From contig CAXXUA010000015.1 in NCBI GenBank assembly GCA_963663765.2, forward strand, positions 192,001 to 256,000: a stretch of DNA of 64,000 nt. The letters are read 5' to 3'. Shown in pieces: positions 43,200 to 53,845 of the stretch. The stretch comes from Candidatus Poribacteria bacterium (GTDB lineage Bacteria > Poribacteria > WGA-4E > WGA-3G). Positions within the stretch are counted from its first letter, which is position 1, and each line of letters begins with the position of its first letter. The position numbers and the translations under genes are program-made. The notes under the pieces are model-generated. The model saw only the letters and a program-made list of their open reading frames with translations, was not told the DNA's origin and did no database searches.

Positions 43200-43495
43200 C
43201 AATACCTTCGCCATTTTTGAGTGTTTCAGTTGAATGAGTATATAGTGTTGTTCTACCATTGCTTTGTGATATTGTTAGGATTACATAAATAAAAATTACT
43301 TCAGGTTTTCGTTGAAGTATTTTTAATTATCATAGTGTCTAATTTGACAATAGAAATGACTATATCAGCAATCTGACAGAATAATTTATATGCACAATCT
43401 GGAAGAATGTGCTACAACTACCCGCACAATCTGGAAGAATGTGCTACAACTACCCGCACAATCTGGAAGAATGTCTATTATTGGCGAAGGTATTG
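43200..43495. mobile_element. MITE with CAATACCTTCGCCA TIRs
   Basis: Perfect 14-bp TIRs, 6-bp TSD ATAGTT, about 2.5 tandem copies of a 32-bp REP unit (43392, 43424, 43456). Confidence 0.82.
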
Positions 43496-43885
43496 ATAGT
43501 TAATACACATTAGAAATGGAAGAATTGGATTCAGACACAAGAAAATCAAACTACAGTAAAGTAAACAGGTAGCATCATGTATCAATTGGAATTGGAAAGT
43601 AACCTTTTTCATTGAGAAAAAATAGAAAATTCAATAAAATGATTATTAAACTACAAAATATATTGTAACCATAGTGATTCATTACTTATACCATTTTCAT
43701 GTGATAATGTCTCATTATCAGCGGAAATCTGGTAGGAGCGATCTCACGGTCGCGACCGGGAGGTCGCTCCTACCGAAGAGAGTAACCCCCTGCCAGTAAA
43801 CAGTAGAATTCCTTAATGAGACAAGATTTATTTGAATTGGTATTAGATAATGTTAAGATTTGTATGGAAAGAACAAGGATTATTC

Positions 43886-45199
43886 ATGTATAAACTTCAT
43901 AATTATATCACAAGTCTGATAGTTATAATCTGTATCATAACTATCCTATCAACCGCATCAGCCCAATATCTGCTTGTTCCAATGGATCAGAAACAGACGA
44001 ACCATCTCAAGGCTTATGGACTAACATATTGGGCATTAGATGTGCCTCGCGAATACAAATGCTATTGGTGGTTGAACTACCGTGACGGTGCATTTGTCAT
44101 TCCTGACGGGGAGAATGTCCGCCTACGCGCAGCACAGATGGGTGTCACCGTTGAACAGATGAGTGCTGCAGATTATCAAACTATCAAAGAGACTACCATA
44201 GAAACCGGTAATATGGATGAGATTTTGCTGGAGAAAGCACCAAAGATTGCTGTTTATGCCCCTCCAGAGGATACACAATATCGTGATCCTTGGGATGATG
44301 CTGTCAAAATCGCACTGGAATATGCCGAGATACCTTATGACCAAATATGGGACAAAGAGGTACAACGCGGTGCATTACACACAGACGGATATGACTGGCT
44401 GCATCTACACCATGAAGATTTCACGGGACAACATGGAAAATTCCATGGGAGTTATTCCCACCAAGTCTGGTATCAACAACGCATGGCACTCTTTGAAACC
44501 GCAGCAAAGGAAGCAGGATTCAAGACTGTGGCTCAACATAAAGGACAAACTGTACAGGATATTGCAGATTATGTTGCAAAAGGTGGGTTTATCTTTGCTA
44601 TGTGTTCAGCACCCGAAACCTTGGATATATCCTTAGCAACAAAAGCCGGTAGAATTGATATAGTTGATCCTGTCTTGGATTCAACGCCACTTGATCCAAA
44701 CTATCAAAAAAAGTTGGATTTTACGCGAACATTTGCATTTGAAAACTTTATACTATACCCAAACCCAAATCGGTATGAATTCTCTGACGTTGACAATCCG
44801 AAGCCAGATCTAAGTCCACAATCCGGTGTTGAGAATTTCAAACTTTTTGAGTTCTCTGCAAAACATGATCCAATTCCTACGATGTTGACACAAAACCATG
44901 TAACCGAAGTTCGCGGATTCCTTGGACAAACAACTTCCTTCAATACTGATAAAGTTCACAAATCCGTCACGATTTTAGGAAAAATTGAAGGTACAAACTA
45001 TGTAAAATACATTCACGGTACATTAGGTAAGGGAACATTCACTTTCCTCGGTGGCCACGATCCAGAGGATTACAGACATCTCGTTGGGGAGGGTAAGATT
45101 CCAACGAACTTAGACCTACACAAACATTCACCCGGTTATCGGTTGATACTAAACAACATCTTATTCCCAGCAGCTCGCAAGAAACCGCAAAAAACATAA
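43886..45199 (+). CDS. Conserved exported protein of unknown function (family often labelled asparagine synthetase B)
   Basis: Signal peptide ASA-QY, QTNHLKAYG, WLNYRDG, PWDDAV, YDWLHLHHEDFTGQHGKF, FAMCSA, GGHDPEDY, SPGYRLILNNILFPAA. Confidence 0.8.
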   Translation: MYKLHNYITSLIVIICIITILSTASAQYLLVPMDQKQTNHLKAYGLTYWALDVPREYKCYWWLNYRDGAFVIPDGENVRLRAAQMGVTVEQMSAADYQTIKETTIETGNMDEILLEKAPKIAVYAPPEDTQYRDPWDDAVKIALEYAEIPYDQIWDKEVQRGALHTDGYDWLHLHHEDFTGQHGKFHGSYSHQVWYQQRMALFETAAKEAGFKTVAQHKGQTVQDIADYVAKGGFIFAMCSAPETLDISLATKAGRIDIVDPVLDSTPLDPNYQKKLDFTRTFAFENFILYPNPNRYEFSDVDNPKPDLSPQSGVENFKLFEFSAKHDPIPTMLTQNHVTEVRGFLGQTTSFNTDKVHKSVTILGKIEGTNYVKYIHGTLGKGTFTFLGGHDPEDYRHLVGEGKIPTNLDLHKHSPGYRLILNNILFPAARKKPQKT

Positions 45200-45289
45200 A
45201 AATTAACCTTAAACAACAAGAAGGGTTATTCAGTTTTCAATTTATTAAGTAAATTCTATCACAGTCATTAATCCTTGAGTTAGTTTTTT

Positions 45290-45470
45290 TGGGAGTTAAT
45301 TACACACTTGCACAGGTAGGAGCGACCTCCTGGTCGCGACTGTTTTGATTCATGTCCTTTATACGGTCGTGACCAGGAGGTCGCTCCTACCAAAGAAAAG
45401 AATAGGATACTTACATGACAGCCAATATGGTAAATTGTAGAAATGTAAACTTATTTTCAAATTTTACCAT
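45290..45470. mobile_element. TGG...CCA-family MITE with REP doublet (left end degenerate)
   Basis: Shares aattacacac, the gtaggagcgacctcctggtcgcgac pair and tatggtaaattgtagaaatgtaaacttatttt with 16456-17172 and 53562-53756. Confidence 0.7.
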
Positions 45471-45501
45471 AAATGCTATTCACTGATAAGCAAAAGCAAA
45501 A

Positions 45502-47607
45502 ATGAAAGCAACACTTGCAACATGCAACCTAAATCAGTGGGCACTTGATTTTGACGGTAACTGTGATCGTATCATAGAATCTATAGAACTTGCAAAAGCA
45601 GCTGGTGCAAAGTATCGGCTTGGTCCAGAACTGGAAATAACCGGTTATTCCTGTGAAGACCACTTCCTTGAGGAAGATACATTACAACACAGTTGGGAAT
45701 CACTTGCACGTATAATCAACGGTGGATATACGGATGGTATTTTATGCGACATCGGAATGCCAGTGATGCACAAGAGTGTCCGATACAACTGCCGAGTCTT
45801 TGTCTGTGATGGCAAAATCCTGCTCATACGTCCCAAAAAGATACTCGCTGCGGAAGGGAATTACCGAGAACCAAGATGGTTTGCAGCATGGCAGAAAGGA
45901 TGGACGACAGAACCTTTCCAAGTACCACCTCAGATTTACGAAATTACAGCAAACAGAACAGTACCGATAGGGTGCGCGGTCATCGTGACACACGATACAA
46001 TTATAGCATCCGAAACATGTGAGGAATTGTTTGCTCCACATTCACCACACATAGACCTTGCATATAACGGGGTTGAAATAATTGCAAATGGCTCGGGTTC
46101 ACATCACGAACTCCGTAAACTTGATACGCGACTATCACTTATTTGTAACGCAACTGACAAATGTGGTGGTGTCTACCTATACGCAAATCAACAGGGATGT
46201 GATGGGGGAAGACTTTACTTTGACGGTTGTGCTTCCATTGCGCAAAACGGAGAAATACTGACACAAGGTTCACAGTTTTCTATCAATGATGTAGAAATCG
46301 TAACCGCAACAGTAGACCTTACAGATGTCCGTTCCTATCGCGGTTCAAGAATGAGCGGCGCTGTACAAGCAAGCCATGCGACTAATATACCACAAATCTA
46401 CGTTGACTTTGATATCAGGGATTCCAAAGAACGTCCTGTCACTATACCAAAAGCACATCTCAACATTCACACACCAGAGGAAGAGATTGCACTCGGTCCT
46501 GCTTGTTGGTTATGGGATTACCTCAGACGATCAGAAGCAGCAGGTTATTTCGTTCCGCTATCGGGAGGTTCAGATAGTGGTGCTGTCGCAACTTTAGTTG
46601 GTTCAATGTGCCAACTCGTTGCTAAAGGTATCCTTGATGATGTGCCACATGTCATCAGAGATGCAGAAAAGTTGTTGGGTACTGAATATATCCGAAACAT
46701 AAAAACGAATTTCAATGATCCATCATTAGCTGCACAGAACATCGCCAATCAACTGCTTTACACATGCTATATGGGAACTGCAAACAGTTCGCGGGAAACA
46801 CGACAGCGCGCCAAAGAATTGGCAAGTGAAATTGGGTGTTACCACTTAAATATCAATATGGAATCACTCGTCATAGCATTGCAGAAACTCTTTACTAACA
46901 TCACGGGTAAAACACCAAAGTTCAAAACTGAAGGTGGCAGCTCTATAGAAAATCAAGCACTTCAAAACATACAAGCGCGTCTGAGAATGGTTATCAGTTA
47001 CCTATTCGCACAAACATTACCGTGGGTTCGTAAGAGACGAGGTACGCTGCTTGTACTAGGCACAGGAAACGTTGACGAAGCCCTGCGCGGTTACCTCACC
47101 AAATATGATTGCAGCAGTGCAGACATCAATCCTATTGGTAGCATCAGTAAAACGGATCTTCGCAGCTTTCTCAATTGGGCAAAAGAGCATCTTGGTTACC
47201 CAAGTCTTGGAAATATCTTAGATGCACCACCCACAGCAGAATTAGAACCTATCACTGAAACATACACGCAAACCGATGAAGATGACATGGGAATGACTTA
47301 TGAAGAACTTAGCCAATTCGGGCAGTTGCGTAAAACACATCGATGTGGTCCTGTAAGTATGTTCAAGAAACTTGTGCAGGAGTGGGAACATATACCTCCA
47401 AGCGAAGTTGCTGATAAAGTCAAATGGTTTTTTCAACACTATGCAATCAATCGGCATAAAATGACAACATTAACGCCTTCATACCATGCTGAACCCTATT
47501 CACCAGACGACAACCGGTTTGACCTGCGCCAGTTCCTATATAATACGCGATGGACTTGGCAGTTTCGCAAAATTGACAGGTTGGTAGCGGAGATGAATAA
47601 CGAGTGA
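45502..47607 (+). CDS. nadE: Glutamine-dependent NAD(+) synthetase, eukaryote-type (QNS1/NADSYN1-like)
   Basis: Nitrilase-fold domain ([20 protein letters not shown]) plus PP-loop SGGSDS; [63 protein letters not shown]. Confidence 0.95.
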   Translation: MKATLATCNLNQWALDFDGNCDRIIESIELAKAAGAKYRLGPELEITGYSCEDHFLEEDTLQHSWESLARIINGGYTDGILCDIGMPVMHKSVRYNCRVFVCDGKILLIRPKKILAAEGNYREPRWFAAWQKGWTTEPFQVPPQIYEITANRTVPIGCAVIVTHDTIIASETCEELFAPHSPHIDLAYNGVEIIANGSGSHHELRKLDTRLSLICNATDKCGGVYLYANQQGCDGGRLYFDGCASIAQNGEILTQGSQFSINDVEIVTATVDLTDVRSYRGSRMSGAVQASHATNIPQIYVDFDIRDSKERPVTIPKAHLNIHTPEEEIALGPACWLWDYLRRSEAAGYFVPLSGGSDSGAVATLVGSMCQLVAKGILDDVPHVIRDAEKLLGTEYIRNIKTNFNDPSLAAQNIANQLLYTCYMGTANSSRETRQRAKELASEIGCYHLNINMESLVIALQKLFTNITGKTPKFKTEGGSSIENQALQNIQARLRMVISYLFAQTLPWVRKRRGTLLVLGTGNVDEALRGYLTKYDCSSADINPIGSISKTDLRSFLNWAKEHLGYPSLGNILDAPPTAELEPITETYTQTDEDDMGMTYEELSQFGQLRKTHRCGPVSMFKKLVQEWEHIPPSEVADKVKWFFQHYAINRHKMTTLTPSYHAEPYSPDDNRFDLRQFLYNTRWTWQFRKIDRLVAEMNNE

Positions 47608-49238
47608 ATGTAATGCTTTTATCACTATTCAGTAAAAATTCATTGACACTTCTTTTCCTGACAGTCATCTTTCTACTTTCATTCATGTGTTCCGTTTATG
47701 CAGTTCCGAATGTTCAACTCAACTTTGACGGTTGGGTGATGGAAGCACTCACAAGACTTGAAAATGTTGGCGTAATAGACGGCTTTCATAGGAATTCATT
47801 ACCACTATCACGTACCGATGTAGCAAGGATCGTCCAACGAACTGATGAGCGAATTAAAGCAGGTGATGTCGTTGTTTCACAGATAGACAGCCAACTCTTG
47901 AAGAAACTAAAACGCGAATTTCAGATTGAGATGCTCCAATTAAATGTTCAGATATCTAAACGGAAAACATACATTCGAATTCAACCTGAATTGCGTGGTG
48001 TGAATGAGGAAATTGCACCTGTACTTCAAAGTGGATTTCACTTTGCTCTCGGCAACAGAAGGAACAACTTGACGATATATTCCGAATTAGAATTATCTAA
48101 CTATGAACAGGGAACTGATTTCGTTGAGAGTTACTTTCTGCCTGATTCGCCACCACTACTAAAATCTGCAGACCAACGTTTTGAAAGATTGCGGGGAGAT
48201 TATATCGTAGACTTCAAGAGAAGTTATCTGCAATACCAATTGATGCCGTTCGGTGATGCAGAATTAGACATATTAGTGGGTAGAGATTTCGTCCATTGGG
48301 GAGCAAGTCCTAATAAATCTGTTGGAATTTCAGATAACTCACCATCCTTTGAACTTATACGTTTAGCAGGTACTTTTCCATGCAAAATTGGTACACTCAA
48401 ATTTACTGCGTTCTCTACCCAACTCAATTCAACGTGGTTTGACGATGGTGAAACCCGTTATCTTGCAAAACGCTATCTCAGCGCACATCGGTTAGACTAC
48501 CAATACAGCGATTGGCTTGAAATTGGTGTATCAGAATGGGTGCTTTACGGTGGAGATGTTCAATCTGTAGAATGGAACTATCTCAACCCTGTCATACCGT
48601 ATTATGCCGTTCAATACAATGCTAACAGAGATGATAACCTAATGCTCGGATTTGACGCTGCAATACGACCCTTGGACGGTGTCCGACTCTATGCAGAATG
48701 GGTCGCAGATGATTTTCAATATAACCCAAATACCGATGACCCCAATGCAGTTACTTGGCTTACAGGTCTTGAATGGTATCCGATACTGACAAAACGACAA
48801 CTTGGCATACATACGGAATATGTCCATGTCAATCGATGGGCATATACGCACCTTGATCCCGATAACCAATTCACACACTACGGAACGATGATTGGACATC
48901 CAATTAGCACGGATGCGGATTTATTTACTTTACGACTGTCTTATCAAGCTACGTCTTCAACACTGCTTGAAACACGTATAAGTCATCAACGTAATGGTGA
49001 AGCTGATATTACAGACCGCTTTTACGGTGAAGATTATGAGAACATTCCATTTCCTTCAGGAGTAGTCGAACGACTCACCGAATTTCGCATCGGATGTAAA
49101 TACAGACCTATTATTGGAATAAACGGTTCAGTTAATTATGGTTGGCGACATATTCAAAACAGCGAACATAAACAGAATATTTCAAAACAGCAACACCGTA
49201 TAGTTTTCCTGTTTGCTTATGCATGGGGTAATTCATAG
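47604..49238 (+). CDS. Capsule assembly Wzi-family outer membrane protein
   Basis: Signal peptide, [46 protein letters not shown]; overlaps the nadE stop (GTGA). Confidence 0.72.
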   Translation: MNVMLLSLFSKNSLTLLFLTVIFLLSFMCSVYAVPNVQLNFDGWVMEALTRLENVGVIDGFHRNSLPLSRTDVARIVQRTDERIKAGDVVVSQIDSQLLKKLKREFQIEMLQLNVQISKRKTYIRIQPELRGVNEEIAPVLQSGFHFALGNRRNNLTIYSELELSNYEQGTDFVESYFLPDSPPLLKSADQRFERLRGDYIVDFKRSYLQYQLMPFGDAELDILVGRDFVHWGASPNKSVGISDNSPSFELIRLAGTFPCKIGTLKFTAFSTQLNSTWFDDGETRYLAKRYLSAHRLDYQYSDWLEIGVSEWVLYGGDVQSVEWNYLNPVIPYYAVQYNANRDDNLMLGFDAAIRPLDGVRLYAEWVADDFQYNPNTDDPNAVTWLTGLEWYPILTKRQLGIHTEYVHVNRWAYTHLDPDNQFTHYGTMIGHPISTDADLFTLRLSYQATSSTLLETRISHQRNGEADITDRFYGEDYENIPFPSGVVERLTEFRIGCKYRPIIGINGSVNYGWRHIQNSEHKQNISKQQHRIVFLFAYAWGNS

Positions 49239-49241
49239 TAG

Positions 49242-49943
49242 GTGACACTCATGTTGAAGATGACAAAACGCACTGTCGTGAAAATAATTATCTTCACGAT
49301 ATTCATAACTGGTTTCGTTGTTTTTATCCGTGACTGGACCGGGGTACGTCTTCTTATTGTCTCTCCAAAGATACTTAAATACCGTCCTATAATTCAAGAA
49401 CATGCTGTGAAACATCAGTTAGATTGGCGGCTTGTTACCGCACTAATCGTTCAAGAATCCGGCTTTAATGAACATGCTGTGAGTTCCGCTGGCGCAAAAG
49501 GATTGATGCAACTGATGCCTGAAACGGCAAAAGAACTGGGTGTCACTGACCCCTTTGTGTCAACTGAAAGCATCGCAGGAGCAACCCGTTATCTTCGCAG
49601 TTTATACGATCTCTATACCCAGAGTTCGCATCCAGATCGTATTCGCATCGCTTTAGCCAGTTATAATGGTGGACGCGGGCATATCAAAGATGCACAACAG
49701 GTTGCCTTACGTAAAAACCTTGTTCCCCATAAATGGAAGAGTATCAAAACCAGTTTGGGTTTACTCACAGTAAATGATAAAAAAATGCATGCTGAAATAT
49801 GGGAGTCAAGCACACCGCCACACGGCTACTTCAACGGATATCCTGAGACACGAAATTATGTTAAACGGGTGATGCAGTATTATGATAGGTTGTGCTTTTA
49901 TTCTGATATTGTAAGGGGTGTGAAATCAATTTTGAGTTCATAA
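49242..49943 (+). CDS. Lytic transglycosylase, SLT/MltF-like domain
   Basis: IVQESGFN, GAKGLMQLMP, ALASYNGGRGH, ETRNYVKRV. Confidence 0.9.
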   Translation: MTLMLKMTKRTVVKIIIFTIFITGFVVFIRDWTGVRLLIVSPKILKYRPIIQEHAVKHQLDWRLVTALIVQESGFNEHAVSSAGAKGLMQLMPETAKELGVTDPFVSTESIAGATRYLRSLYDLYTQSSHPDRIRIALASYNGGRGHIKDAQQVALRKNLVPHKWKSIKTSLGLLTVNDKKMHAEIWESSTPPHGYFNGYPETRNYVKRVMQYYDRLCFYSDIVRGVKSILSS

Positions 49944-50042
49944 AACAATGGTTTGATAAATGAGAGGACAAGTTAACCTTTATTCTGTTTCTTCTAAGTC
50001 TTACTTTTCCAAAATTCCTAAGACAAACTTATGTGCCATTGA

Positions 50043-50165
50043 CCAGGGATATTCAGTTTTCCTAATTTTTGGATTTTTCCAAAAAGAACCCCGCGGTAGG
50101 AGCGACCTCCCGGTCGCGATTTTCTCACAAAAATGTGAAAAATGGTTAAAACTGAATAACCCTCG
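50043..50165. mobile_element. CCAGGG-family MITE with a single REP
   Basis: ccagggatattcagtttt / aaaactgaataaccctcg ends; gtaggagcgacctcccggtcgcga inside. Confidence 0.6.
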
Positions 50166-52625
50166 CTATTGACTACTACACAGTTCATTTAAGGGGACAA
50201 CACGATCAGTACCAGCAGGTAAATACGCCAAAATCATACCATCAACAGGCAGACTACGATCAGCAACAACTCCCGTACTTCGTTCTGCTGTCAACCCTTT
50301 GGAGAGAAGAAGATAAAAAGTATCTTTATACCAACCCGGTGTCGTGAAGAAATTACCTTGACCTTTTGAAATTACAATATCAGCTTCCAACAGAGCATTG
50401 AGGAATTCAGGTGTCGCATTATAGAGATTAGTACCAATCGTCTTCGCTCCTGACGACATGAGTGTGATTGCACCGTCCTGAATAGCACTTTGAATCTCCT
50501 CAAATTGCGGGTAATTTGTAATCTCATGTAATTCTGCTAACGTCACATCATTGCTTGCGTTGTCTACCTTTCCAACTATACATAGACGATGTCCACAACC
50601 AACGAGTTCCTGTATGAAAGCCATATCAAAGATTATTTCTCCATCGTTGTCCGCAAGCCACAAAATCTTTTGAGAGTGAGCATCTAATACTTTTTCCTGA
50701 AATTGATCATAACAATCAATAGCAAAGGGGGTTATTACCGCAGCGCGAAGTGCTTGAGAAAAATAGTCAGGATCAGCATTTATTTTTTGGACGACGCGCG
50801 CACTACTATAGTCAATCACGTTACCAGCAACAACAAGCTTTAACCTTGTTAACCAATCGTTATCCCAAAACTCTGGTATCAAATCAAGGGCTGTTTTCCG
50901 AGCTTTGAGTTTATCGTCATGATAGGGATTCAGGTTACCAGTATACAGATCCACCATCTCAAAGATCGTTCCCCATAGTTCCTCAGGGGTAAGTGACTCA
51001 ATCAGATAATTACCATTTGAAAGCTGCATATCCAAGAGTGTATCTACCGCATTGCTCACAGTTTCCTGCACTTTGGAGTTGCGCGTTGCACGAGGAATCA
51101 ACTCAGTTGCACTATGGGAACGAACATGCTTTCGAAGGTTCTCCCAATCCGGTAAATCCTTCTTTTCACCAAAAGTGAAAACACCCGGTCTATAATTCGC
51201 TGGTACAATTTGCTTGAAAAGGGAACTTGGAACTCCGATAGGAGATTCCGCAGGAGGTACACCTAACCTGTGATTCTTCAACCTTACACCAGATGGGATG
51301 ACTGTTGCATGTGCTTGAATGTCTGTAAGGTTGACTTTACTTCCAACGGTAACACCATCAAAAATGCAGTTATTGATAGTACTTACAGTGGCAATACCAC
51401 GAACAGGTTCTGAAATCACTGAGGGTAAGGTGTTCATCTCAAATGTCGTATCGGTAGCAGTGACATTCTGCAAACCAATGGAATCACCAACGTTTGTTGT
51501 ACCCTTTAGTGTAACATTTTCCAATCTACAGTAATCACCGATGGCAACATCTTTCCCGATATGAATTCTACCGAGGAGATAACATGCAGTTCCAATTTCA
51601 ACGACTTCGCTACCTAAAGTAATCTGAGCAGCAGGATCGACTCGTATGCCTTTTCCAGCAAGGAATTCGCGTGTCTTAGCAAACATCGCAGCTTCACCTG
51701 ACAGCACATTTGACCAGCGATTTACGCCTGACAAGACTTCACCACGATAGATAAATGCATTCGTCTTTAGTCCATCTTCATAGCATAAGCGAATAAGATC
51801 GACGTGATGCAGTTCGTTCTTTCGGTTTGCATGCGGCTGCAAACGATGGATACGTTCCAGTAACGCACTCTTTCGTATGATTGTGATGCCAGTGTTGGTA
51901 TATGCTTCGCTCCGTTCTAATCGCTGCCACATCTCTACTTTTTCTAACTCTGACATGTCATACCATTCTTTTGTACCAATGAACTTGTTGTCAGTATCAA
52001 AAAAGAGACCGCCTTTATCAATCACTGTGTCAGGTATTTTGCCACATAGTGTGACATCAGAATCGGTGAGGATATGAGATAACAGAGTTTGGACGAATAT
52101 GGTCCGGTCTAAGAAAGGTTCGTCACCGAATGCCACGCCAACCCACTCTGCATCTGAGTCTTGTATCTCCGGTAGTGCTGCTTGCAACGCACCACCTGTG
52201 CCGTTCATCTCTTCTTGGATGCAGGGGACGGCATTTTCACCTAACATGCAATTACGTATATCACTTTCTGCTATCCTTGCTGCCATTTGTGGATTGATAA
52301 CTATTATACGTGGACGATTTCCGGGCAAAAATCGACATGACTGCTGCAGCATGTTCTGCTCTCCAAACACAATATCTAATGTCTTACTCATCTGTCCTGT
52401 GGGATCAATTCGTGTTCCTTTCCCTGCTGCAAGCACAACCCATTGCGGTGAAAGGTAACTTTCAAGGACATCTACTGGAAGTGAGTTAAGGTGGGAGATT
52501 AAGTTGTCTTGGGTAACATCATCGGTATCAGTTACATCTTGAATTTTGCAACCGAGTATGTTTTCAATTAACTCTGTCTTATCTTCCGTTAATTGTGCTT
52601 TGGAGTTGAGCATATCATTACTCAT
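50166..52625 (-). CDS. Fusion of GlmU-like nucleotidyltransferase, left-handed beta-helix and DUF89/ARMT1-like phosphatase
   Basis: VVLAAGKGTRI, NGTGGAL, FGDEP, GVNR, hexapeptide region; C-terminal NPYHDDK, AGNVIDY, LADNDGEIIFD, NDVT, ADIVISKGQGNF; start set at MSNDM (RBS GGAGA). Confidence 0.82.
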   Translation of the reverse strand: MSNDMLNSKAQLTEDKTELIENILGCKIQDVTDTDDVTQDNLISHLNSLPVDVLESYLSPQWVVLAAGKGTRIDPTGQMSKTLDIVFGEQNMLQQSCRFLPGNRPRIIVINPQMAARIAESDIRNCMLGENAVPCIQEEMNGTGGALQAALPEIQDSDAEWVGVAFGDEPFLDRTIFVQTLLSHILTDSDVTLCGKIPDTVIDKGGLFFDTDNKFIGTKEWYDMSELEKVEMWQRLERSEAYTNTGITIIRKSALLERIHRLQPHANRKNELHHVDLIRLCYEDGLKTNAFIYRGEVLSGVNRWSNVLSGEAAMFAKTREFLAGKGIRVDPAAQITLGSEVVEIGTACYLLGRIHIGKDVAIGDYCRLENVTLKGTTNVGDSIGLQNVTATDTTFEMNTLPSVISEPVRGIATVSTINNCIFDGVTVGSKVNLTDIQAHATVIPSGVRLKNHRLGVPPAESPIGVPSSLFKQIVPANYRPGVFTFGEKKDLPDWENLRKHVRSHSATELIPRATRNSKVQETVSNAVDTLLDMQLSNGNYLIESLTPEELWGTIFEMVDLYTGNLNPYHDDKLKARKTALDLIPEFWDNDWLTRLKLVVAGNVIDYSSARVVQKINADPDYFSQALRAAVITPFAIDCYDQFQEKVLDAHSQKILWLADNDGEIIFDMAFIQELVGCGHRLCIVGKVDNASNDVTLAELHEITNYPQFEEIQSAIQDGAITLMSSGAKTIGTNLYNATPEFLNALLEADIVISKGQGNFFTTPGWYKDTFYLLLSKGLTAERSTGVVADRSLPVDGMILAYLPAGTDRVVPLNELCSSQ

Positions 52626-52731
52626 TAAAATGCATTCTCCAGTTTTATAAGTAATAAGGCGTGCATCCAAGTAAATGGTCATAAGGACACACGCCTTGTT
52701 TCTTGTATATGACAATCCGACAGATTAGTCT

Positions 52732-53544
52732 TTAGTCTTGCTTGAGGTCTCCCCAAGTGGTTGCTAACTTTCCAGTTGGTTCAACGGGAAGGACACCAGA
52801 TGCTAATTCATCAATTTCGTTTGCATCTATGACTCTATTGTAAAGACGAACTTCATCAACGAGTCCGGTCCATGATGTGCCATTGTTATCTTTAGCACCC
52901 CTACCGATCACGAATTTGGAAGCTTTAGAGATTTCACCTTGGGCAGCGGCAGAATTGAACACGGGTTCATCAAGTACACCGTCAATATAGAGTGAAAGGA
53001 CTTCACCACTTTTCCATGTTAGAACGATATGTTGCCATTCTGTAGTCTGTGTGTTGTTTGCACTCTCATACCTTTGGTCACCACTTGTAGTTGAAATACC
53101 TGCTTTGATTAGGTTAGTACCACCACCTTTGAAATCCCAACTTGCGGAATCGTAGCGTAGCGTAAACACATCGTCTGCTCCCGCAGGATCTATACCATGA
53201 AAAATACCAAAGTCGTGCGGTGCAGTATCGGATTTTACCCAAACAGAGACGGAAAATTCCTCAAGTCCGTTGATATAGTCTGCACCATCTGCATCTTCTG
53301 CGGAACTTGCAGACCCATCAAGTCTCAAAGCACCACCAATTTTTCCTTCGTCAGTTGCCCAAGCGGCATTACCAGTCAGTTCTGCATCGTTTCCATTTTT
53401 GCTATCATCTGTTGCTGAGGTACCGGATGTTTCATCAAAGGGATAGTAAACGATTAAACCATCGTTAATACCTGCACTTGCAATTGCACTGAAATACACA
53501 GCGAATATGAGAGTAAATACTATAAGCAATAGTTTGTTACGCAT
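52732..53544 (-). CDS. Secreted LamG-like jellyroll protein
   Basis: Signal peptide, GLIVYYPFDE, EWQHIVLTW, GLVDEVRLYNR, C-terminal VEPTGKLATTWGDLK; start set at MRNK. Confidence 0.9.
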   Translation of the reverse strand: MRNKLLLIVFTLIFAVYFSAIASAGINDGLIVYYPFDETSGTSATDDSKNGNDAELTGNAAWATDEGKIGGALRLDGSASSAEDADGADYINGLEEFSVSVWVKSDTAPHDFGIFHGIDPAGADDVFTLRYDSASWDFKGGGTNLIKAGISTTSGDQRYESANNTQTTEWQHIVLTWKSGEVLSLYIDGVLDEPVFNSAAAQGEISKASKFVIGRGAKDNNGTSWTGLVDEVRLYNRVIDANEIDELASGVLPVEPTGKLATTWGDLKQD

Positions 53545-53561
53545 TTTTTCCTCCAAAATAA

Positions 53562-53756
53562 CTATGGTTAAATTTGAAAATAAGTTTACATTTCTACAAT
53601 TTACCATATTGGTTGTCATATAAGTATTCTATTCTTTTCTTTGGTAGGAGCGACCTCCTGGTCGCGACCGTTTTGATACTTGGTCACCATACGGTCGCGA
53701 CCAGGAGGTCGCTCCTACCTGTGAAAATGTGTAATTAATTCCATAATTTACCATAA
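53562..53756. mobile_element. TGG...CCA-family MITE with REP doublet
   Basis: tatggttaaattt / aatttaccata ends; perfect REP pair ggtaggagcgacctcctggtcgcgaccg / cggtcgcgaccaggaggtcgctcctacc. Confidence 0.8.
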
Positions 53757-53845
53757 TCTAAAAACAAATTAATTAGTTTAATCTTGTTTTTTCATAGTAG
53801 ACGCACTACGAAGTACGCCTACTGTGTTATAATCCATAAGTGGTT

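Noticed and set aside
43886-45199. True asparagine synthetase B
   Set aside because: No N-terminal Cys Ntn domain or SGGLDS PP-loop, and it has a signal peptide.
45502-47607. Eukaryotic contamination or chimeric contig
   Set aside because: No introns, composition like neighbours, native MITE upstream and a GTGA overlap with a bacterial outer-membrane gene.
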